Source of the DNA: the human T2T-CHM13v2.0 reference genome, Homo sapiens
Assembly (NCBI RefSeq): GCF_009914755.1
Contig: NC_060932.1
DNA length: 64,000 nucleotides
Direction: 5' to 3' (one strand)
Under the pieces are notes generated by a model. It was not told the DNA's origin, ran no database searches, and saw only the letters and a list, made by a program, of their open reading frames with translations. Position 1 is the stretch's first letter. Every line of letters begins with the position of its first letter. Position numbers and translations under genes: made by a program. Shown piece after piece: positions 63,346-64,000 of the stretch.

Positions 63346-64000
63346 CGGTAGTCACCCTTTATCCACAGTTTCAGTTTCCATGGTTTGTTACCTGCCATCA
63401 ACCCTGTGCCGAAAATACTAAACGGAAAATTCCAGAAATAAACAATGCGTAAGTTTTAACTTGCCTGCAGTTCTGAGTAGTGTGATGAAATCTTGGGCCG
63501 TCAGGTTCCGTCCCTCTCAGGACATGAATCTTCCCTTTGTCCAGCAGATCCACGCTGTAACAGCTTTTCACCTGTGAGTCACTTAGCCGCCCTTTCTGCG
63601 ATCACATCGACTTTCTGGTATGGCAGTGCTTGTGTTCAAGGAACAGTTACTTTATCTAATAAAAGTCCCAAAGTACAAGAGTAGTGTTGCTGGCGATTAA
63701 GCTATGCCAAAGAGAAACAGTAAAGTGTTTCCTTCAAGTAAAAAGGTGAAAGTTCTCCACTTAATAAGAAAAGAAAAAAAATTGTATACTGAGGTCGCTA
63801 AGATCTATGGTAAGAATGAAACTATCTGTGAAATCATGAAGAAGGAAAAATAAATTTGTGCTAGTTTTTGCACCTCAAAATGCAAAAGTTACAGCCCAAT
63901 GCTTGTCAAGCAGTTAGTTAAGTTGGAAAAAGTACTAAATTTGTAAGTGGAAGACCTGAACAGAAACGTGTATGGATTGATGGCAATCAGGTTTGGTGCT
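63346..64000 (+). mobile_element. MER44C/D (Tigger7 derivative), runs off the window end
   Basis: TA+cggtagtcaccctttatcc...ggaaaattccagaaataaacaat...atgccaaagagaa...gattgatggcaatcaggtttggt. Confidence 0.8.

Overview
Primate (human/ape-like) genomic DNA that is AT-rich and dominated by interspersed repeats. I find no intact protein-coding gene, RNA gene or CRISPR array. Nearly all long ORFs in the track are L1 ORF2, mariner, Alu or LTR12 fragments. The only gene-derived sequence I recognise is a degraded, intronless NUDT15 processed pseudogene on the minus strand (~27.3-27.8 kb). The window also holds two young L1PA insertions with TSDs and 3' transductions, an LTR12 solo LTR, a near full-length HSMAR2, several MaLR/ERV LTRs, Tigger/Charlie fossils, Alus, MIRs and old L1M/L1PB fragments. 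I see no evidence of a new multi-gene system. The most interesting signals are mutational footprints: (i) the two neighbouring L1PAs share private variants, including a 10-bp deletion, in short identical tracts (candidate gene conversion); (ii) a three-poly(A) nested transduction; (iii) an inverted, locally templated insertion in a (TA)n tract; (iv) a palindrome-perfecting mutation; (v) a Tigger2a whose halves lie 2 kb apart. Subfamily names and consensus comparisons come from my recollection of consensus sequences and need confirming with RepeatMasker/Dfam. Boundaries of old repeats are approximate.
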